Origin: Archaeoglobus sp. JdFR-37
GTDB taxonomy: Archaea > Halobacteriota > Archaeoglobi > Archaeoglobales > Archaeoglobaceae
Length of the DNA: 64,000 nt
Reading direction: 5' to 3'
Assembly: GCA_002010215.1 (NCBI GenBank)
Contig: MTMY01000004.1
Location: 1 to 64,000 of the forward strand
Shown: positions 59,987 through 64,000 of the stretch, piece by piece
Layout of the letters: the number at the start of each line of letters is the position of its first letter
Numbering within the stretch: the first letter of the stretch is position 1
Program-made: the position numbers and the translations under genes
The notes under the pieces: generated by a model
The model's input: only the letters and a program-made list of their open reading frames with translations
Database searches by the model: none
Told to the model about the DNA's origin: nothing

Positions 59987-60418
59987 TTATGTCTCTTTTG
60001 CCTGTATATTATACTGTATATCATAATAATTTTTACTGGGAAATGCTTTATCCTTTACCTTCACATGAACGTTGACAGTTATCTCAGCAGGATTTTCTTG
60101 GGAGCCAGCAGGTAAACTGGGCTTCTTTGAAGAAGCGATAGTATTGCTGTTGATGTCATGAAAGGATACCGTTATTGAATTGGGATTAGGACCTTCAACC
60201 ACATATTCAAAATAAATGTTAGATGCTCCACCGCTGTTGTGGATGTCCACCTCCTTGACATACGTTGTACCTTTTGAAATGCTAGCCGTAAAGCTCTCTG
60301 GAGCCACAGTAAGATTTGTATCTTGCACCGTAACATCTACTTCCAGAGAAAAATGATATACAGCAGCCAAGGCAACACCTGAAAACAACAAAACCAGAGG
60401 TAGGATTAATCTCTTCAT
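59987..60418 (-). CDS. secreted beta-sandwich hypothetical protein
   Basis: Signal peptide MKRLILPLVLLFSGVALA; beta-strand-rich mature part. Confidence 0.7.
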   Translation of the reverse strand: MKRLILPLVLLFSGVALAAVYHFSLEVDVTVQDTNLTVAPESFTASISKGTTYVKEVDIHNSGGASNIYFEYVVEGPNPNSITVSFHDINSNTIASSKKPSLPAGSQENPAEITVNVHVKVKDKAFPSKNYYDIQYNIQAKET

Positions 60419-60508
60419 AATTGCTGAAGATAGTATTTACCATAATAATTTTCGAAAAATGATTTTGTTTATTACAACCATTATGACGAACTTAAAAATC
60501 AAAATTAA

Positions 60509-61747
60509 CTATTTGAGTTCATCCCACTTTCTTCTCTTCATATATATTTTAGCAACTCTGTAGGCCACGAACCCCAGAACGACAATCCCAGCTAGCAACC
60601 CGCCATAGAAAATGATAACATCCCTCTTCTCCTGGAAATACTCTACGATGCCTGAATAAAATGGTTCTGAAGGTGTAGGTGTCGGGGTAGGTGTGGGTGT
60701 CGGAGTCTCCTCCAGAATTTGAGCCTTTATTTCCGAAATAAGGCCATTAATTTCTGCTATTGCTTGGTCTACCTCGTTAACAACACCCTCAATGGTGGTC
60801 TTTGCATCATCGTAAAGCCCGTTGTCAATATAGTCTTTCGCGTTAACTTCAATACGATTGTAGAGGTTATTATACTTAGTTTTAAATTGCTGCAGCTTTA
60901 TGTCATAGGCGGTGGTTGATATTCCTTTCTCTTTTGCCTGAAGTGTAGCCGCATCTAGCTCTGAAATCTTCTCCAAGAATTCGTCGAGCTTATCTTCAGC
61001 CTGTGCTAAACGGTAGTTTACATCAAGTCTAAAAAGTTCATTTTCTGCCTCATTAAGATATTCTTCAGCTTTAGAGAGTGATGAGTCTGCCTCAATGTAT
61101 TTTTTCTGAGCATAATAGTCTTTTCCATCTGAAATGTAATCTTGAGCAGTCTTTATCTTCTGCTTTGCTACACCTACAGCAACCCCTAAATTTTCTAATT
61201 CTAAAGATTTAGTATTCAGCTCTTCAATTTTGGATTCCAGAGAGGAAATAACACCAGAAAAGGCGTTCTCGTTTACAACCTTAACCACAACAGGTTTCAG
61301 GACATCAGCATCGGCATCTGTAACATTAATTTGGAGGATGACAAAATCCTCAACTCTGTCTTCGACTGTAGGGATCCTTCCTGAAAACTCAACTTTCAAA
61401 GAATTGAGGCCATAATCCCAGTCGTTAATCCTCGCATTGAGATAATCCTCACCCCCCTTTACTACAATCCCTCCTTGTTTGTAAGCAACCTCAATTCTTA
61501 ATTCTGGGGAATCCAGAAAATTATAGATTTCATAATAACGATTGTCAAGCCTGGTGGCCTTATCATCTGTTTTGGGTTGGATGAAGTATGTTCCAGAAAT
61601 TTCCTCACCGATAAGGTAAAAGGTTTTATTAATACCCTCAATTACCGGCTCTGCAAAGTCATCCTTAGTCAGCTGCTCTGCAGCCATCACAGGAGTTGCG
61701 ATGAGCATCAGGGAGAGTAATAGTAGCATTAACCTCAATTCAAGCAC
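60509..61747 (-). CDS. exported coiled-coil surface protein with TP linker and C-terminal membrane anchor
   Basis: Signal peptide, long helical region, TPTPTPTP, C-terminal TM followed by basic tail. Confidence 0.8.
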   Translation of the reverse strand: MLELRLMLLLLSLMLIATPVMAAEQLTKDDFAEPVIEGINKTFYLIGEEISGTYFIQPKTDDKATRLDNRYYEIYNFLDSPELRIEVAYKQGGIVVKGGEDYLNARINDWDYGLNSLKVEFSGRIPTVEDRVEDFVILQINVTDADADVLKPVVVKVVNENAFSGVISSLESKIEELNTKSLELENLGVAVGVAKQKIKTAQDYISDGKDYYAQKKYIEADSSLSKAEEYLNEAENELFRLDVNYRLAQAEDKLDEFLEKISELDAATLQAKEKGISTTAYDIKLQQFKTKYNNLYNRIEVNAKDYIDNGLYDDAKTTIEGVVNEVDQAIAEINGLISEIKAQILEETPTPTPTPTPTPSEPFYSGIVEYFQEKRDVIIFYGGLLAGIVVLGFVAYRVAKIYMKRRKWDELK

Positions 61748-61887
61748 CCCCGGTTTGAAACTGATGAGGAGGAATGAATTTAAGGCTTTCTATGAATTCC
61801 GGAAAAATAGTGTGAAATGCATACTTTTGCGAAGGTTATTGATTAACTGAGTTTATTGAGTTTATCAACAGAAAACGATAAAAGAAG

Positions 61888-61961
61888 TGCCCGGAGCCGG
61901 ATTTGAACCGGCGACTATGCGGTCTTCAGCCGCACGCTCTCCCTAGCTGAGCTACCCGGGC
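61888..61961 (-). tRNA. tRNA-Phe(GAA)
   Basis: Reverse complement GCCCGGG TA GCTC..GAGC G TGCGG-CTGAAGA-CCGCA ... GCCGG-TTCAAAT-CCGGC TCCGGGC A. Confidence 0.97.
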
Positions 61962-62146
61962 TCAGGTTGAGGACTCTCTATCCTGATTATTCCCAACGAG
62001 TATTTTTATCTTTTGGTTGACTTTTTCTTAAGGTTCTTGAGGGGGTTTTGTTTGTCATTTTTGTGACTTTAGATGTTCGGCTTACATCTTTGCTCTTCCC
62101 AACCAGCCCTTCTTCTTGATAAACCTTTGGAAACCTCCTTATCCTA

Positions 62147-63091
62147 TCACCTGACTCTTTCAAACCTCACAACGTCATTCACGTCATTCAGTACTGATCT
62201 CACATATCCCTTCCCTTCAAGATACTTGAGACACGCCAGCGTCTCACTTAAAGCCAGCAGTTTGTCCCACTGGTTTAATTTCTCGAAACTCTTCCCGTTC
62301 CACCTTATTCTGCTGGCAATATCCACCAAATTCCCTTCACTCTCTGTCAATTCAAGAACCTCGTTTATTCTGCTCTCGTAATGATTCAAAAGCTGTTCAA
62401 TTCTTCTCTCGGGATTTTTAATCACATTCTCGTGAGCAGGATAGGCTACATCTACCTCCAGCCCCAGAACCTTTTTTAGGCTTTGAAGGTGAGATGCCAG
62501 GGGATTTGCCTCATAACCCGGATAAAAGCCGACATGGGTTGTTGTCTCGCTGAGAATCAGGTCTCCTGAAAAAAGAACCTTTTCTTCTGGCAGATAGTAG
62601 CAGCAGTGGCCGGGAGAGTGGCCCGGGGTGTGGATGCAGAGCATCCCCGATATTTCCTGCAGATCTCCCACGTATTTGAGATTCATCTTGCCCCCTATTC
62701 TCTCTCCAAACCCCCTCAGCTCACTGAACATTTCCATGAACTGATGGATGAAATGCTTGGGAATACCGAACCTCTCAGTCCAGGCTTTATAGATGTCAGC
62801 GAAAAGGTCGGAGATGTAGAGCTTTAGAAAGGGCTCTTCAAGGGGATGAAGATATGACTCAATTCCACTGAAAGCAGCACCCACGTGGTCAATGTGATGA
62901 TGAGTCAGAAGGATACGCCTGGGTCTGAGTTCGAGCACCTCCTTAATGTGGTGCGGGCTGCAGAAGCCAGCATCAATTGCTGTATTTCCGGAATCTTTAT
63001 CGACAACCAGATAAATGTTAATCTTATCTGCCTGTGCAATCGGAACTTCAAATGAAAAAGATTCGATATGCATATCCCGGTTCTCTCTCAC
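62147..63091 (-). CDS. MBL-fold metallo-hydrolase with C-terminal winged-helix-like tail
   Basis: THHHIDH, TPGHSPGH, FSGD, YPAH. Confidence 0.88.
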   Translation of the reverse strand: MRENRDMHIESFSFEVPIAQADKINIYLVVDKDSGNTAIDAGFCSPHHIKEVLELRPRRILLTHHHIDHVGAAFSGIESYLHPLEEPFLKLYISDLFADIYKAWTERFGIPKHFIHQFMEMFSELRGFGERIGGKMNLKYVGDLQEISGMLCIHTPGHSPGHCCYYLPEEKVLFSGDLILSETTTHVGFYPGYEANPLASHLQSLKKVLGLEVDVAYPAHENVIKNPERRIEQLLNHYESRINEVLELTESEGNLVDIASRIRWNGKSFEKLNQWDKLLALSETLACLKYLEGKGYVRSVLNDVNDVVRFERVR

Positions 63092-63147
63092 CTCTGCTTA
63101 AAAAGTTTCTTGACTTGGCTTCACGCTTAACTACACTTAACGACCGC

Positions 63148-63717
63148 TCAACGACATTTTAAAAACAGCTTGACCAAAAACTTATTAACTTCATAAAGTG
63201 GAGTGCCATAAATTTCCTCTATCCTTGCAACACTCCTACCGCATCCAGAGAATGGGCTTATTATCCCGGCACCCTTCAGCTCTGCAATAATAACCCCGCC
63301 ATCTTTTCCATAATCCTCAGAAATAGCAGTTATTTCGCTTCCTGAAATAAAATATCCTTTTCTGCTCTCAACAACCCTCTTTACAATTTCAAGCATCGTT
63401 TCGCTATCTTCACCTATCCTATCATAATACTTTTTCACGGCATCCTCCCAGCTTGCTTTTCCGTTCCTGAGCTCCGAAAAGAAAATTCTCAGGAAATACG
63501 GGATTTCAAGAGAGCCAAGAGCTACCACCCTCATACCCCACGCCAAGGAATCTTTTTGAGACTCAATGGGAAAGGCCAACCTTTCACCCTCAAGAAGTAG
63601 AAGAAGTTCTTCATCCAACTCATCTAGAGATATTATACCGCCGGAGTGCTTAATCAGAAGCTCCAGTCCCTTATAAGCGTAATAATCCCCGCCTAAAAGC
63701 TCCGCAATATCCTTCAA
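63148..63717 (-). CDS. hypothetical protein
   Basis: Intact ORF; TTG start at 63717 overlapping the ferredoxin stop is preferred. Confidence 0.7.
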   Translation of the reverse strand: MKDIAELLGGDYYAYKGLELLIKHSGGIISLDELDEELLLLLEGERLAFPIESQKDSLAWGMRVVALGSLEIPYFLRIFFSELRNGKASWEDAVKKYYDRIGEDSETMLEIVKRVVESRKGYFISGSEITAISEDYGKDGGVIIAELKGAGIISPFSGCGRSVARIEEIYGTPLYEVNKFLVKLFLKCR

Positions 63718-63902
63718 TCCATAATAACAAGGGCTCCGTAAGGACATGCTTCCACGCATTTCCGGCAGCCTTCATCTCCGTACTCCCTGCACTTCCCCTC
63801 ATCTATCTTCACAACCTTGCCCCCATTCCGTAGTATGGCATCTGCTGGACATACTTGGCTGCATCTCCCGCATCCCTGGCAGCTCAGTACAGCTATAGCC
63901 AC
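63714..63902 (-). CDS. 4Fe-4S dicluster ferredoxin
   Basis: CQGCGRCSQVCP and C-x6-CRKCVEACP; GTG start at 63902. Confidence 0.9.
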   Translation of the reverse strand: MAIAVLSCQGCGRCSQVCPADAILRNGGKVVKIDEGKCREYGDEGCRKCVEACPYGALVIMD

Positions 63903-64000
63903 ACTTCCACCCCCTTTCTGGAGAATTCCCTTATTGTTTCCTTTATCCTCCGATACCACACCTCAAGCATTCTCTCCATGTCTTCAGCCACAGCATCAGG
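63893..64000 (-). CDS. C-terminus of an unidentified gene entering from the window end
   Basis: Open frame PDAVAEDMERMLEVWYRRIKETIREFSRKGVEVWL* overlapping the ferredoxin start. Confidence 0.6.
   Translation of the reverse strand, partial: PDAVAEDMERMLEVWYRRIKETIREFSRKGVEVWL

Overview
Archaeal chromosomal window. Gene content and protein sequences point to the Archaeoglobales (Archaeoglobus/Geoglobus/Ferroglobus-like); this assignment is inferred from recognised proteins, not from a search. Most of it is housekeeping: PolD large subunit, DNA ligase, Trm10, LeuA, MfnD, the S10-spc ribosomal superoperon (L3 to L15, secY, DUF106, cmk, Cbf5), PCNA-PriL-pelota, rpiA/surE, a two-component locus, a PGF-CTERM S-layer protein and three tRNAs (Gly-CCC, Gly-TCC, Phe-GAA). 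The best candidate for an undescribed system is an ~8 kb divergent cluster (17.2-25.3 kb). It holds two class III CoA-transferases coupled to a Cys4 protein and a BssC-like small Fe-S protein, a metallo-beta-lactamase-TPR fusion, a tandem AbrB-like protein, a thioesterase and an anthranilate/benzoate-type CoA ligase, but no glycyl-radical enzyme or reductase. Other highlights: a class I 'CoA-transferase' pair whose beta subunit appears to lack the catalytic Glu (AibAB-like), a ferredoxin-like 8-Cys insert in PriL, a two-state hairpin in the predicted S-layer leader, a 37-bp direct repeat bracketing tRNA-Gly(CCC), decayed toxin-antitoxin genes next to tRNA-Gly(TCC), and a frameshifted TIGR00341 gene. 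No CRISPR array, rRNA, intein or intact transposase was seen.
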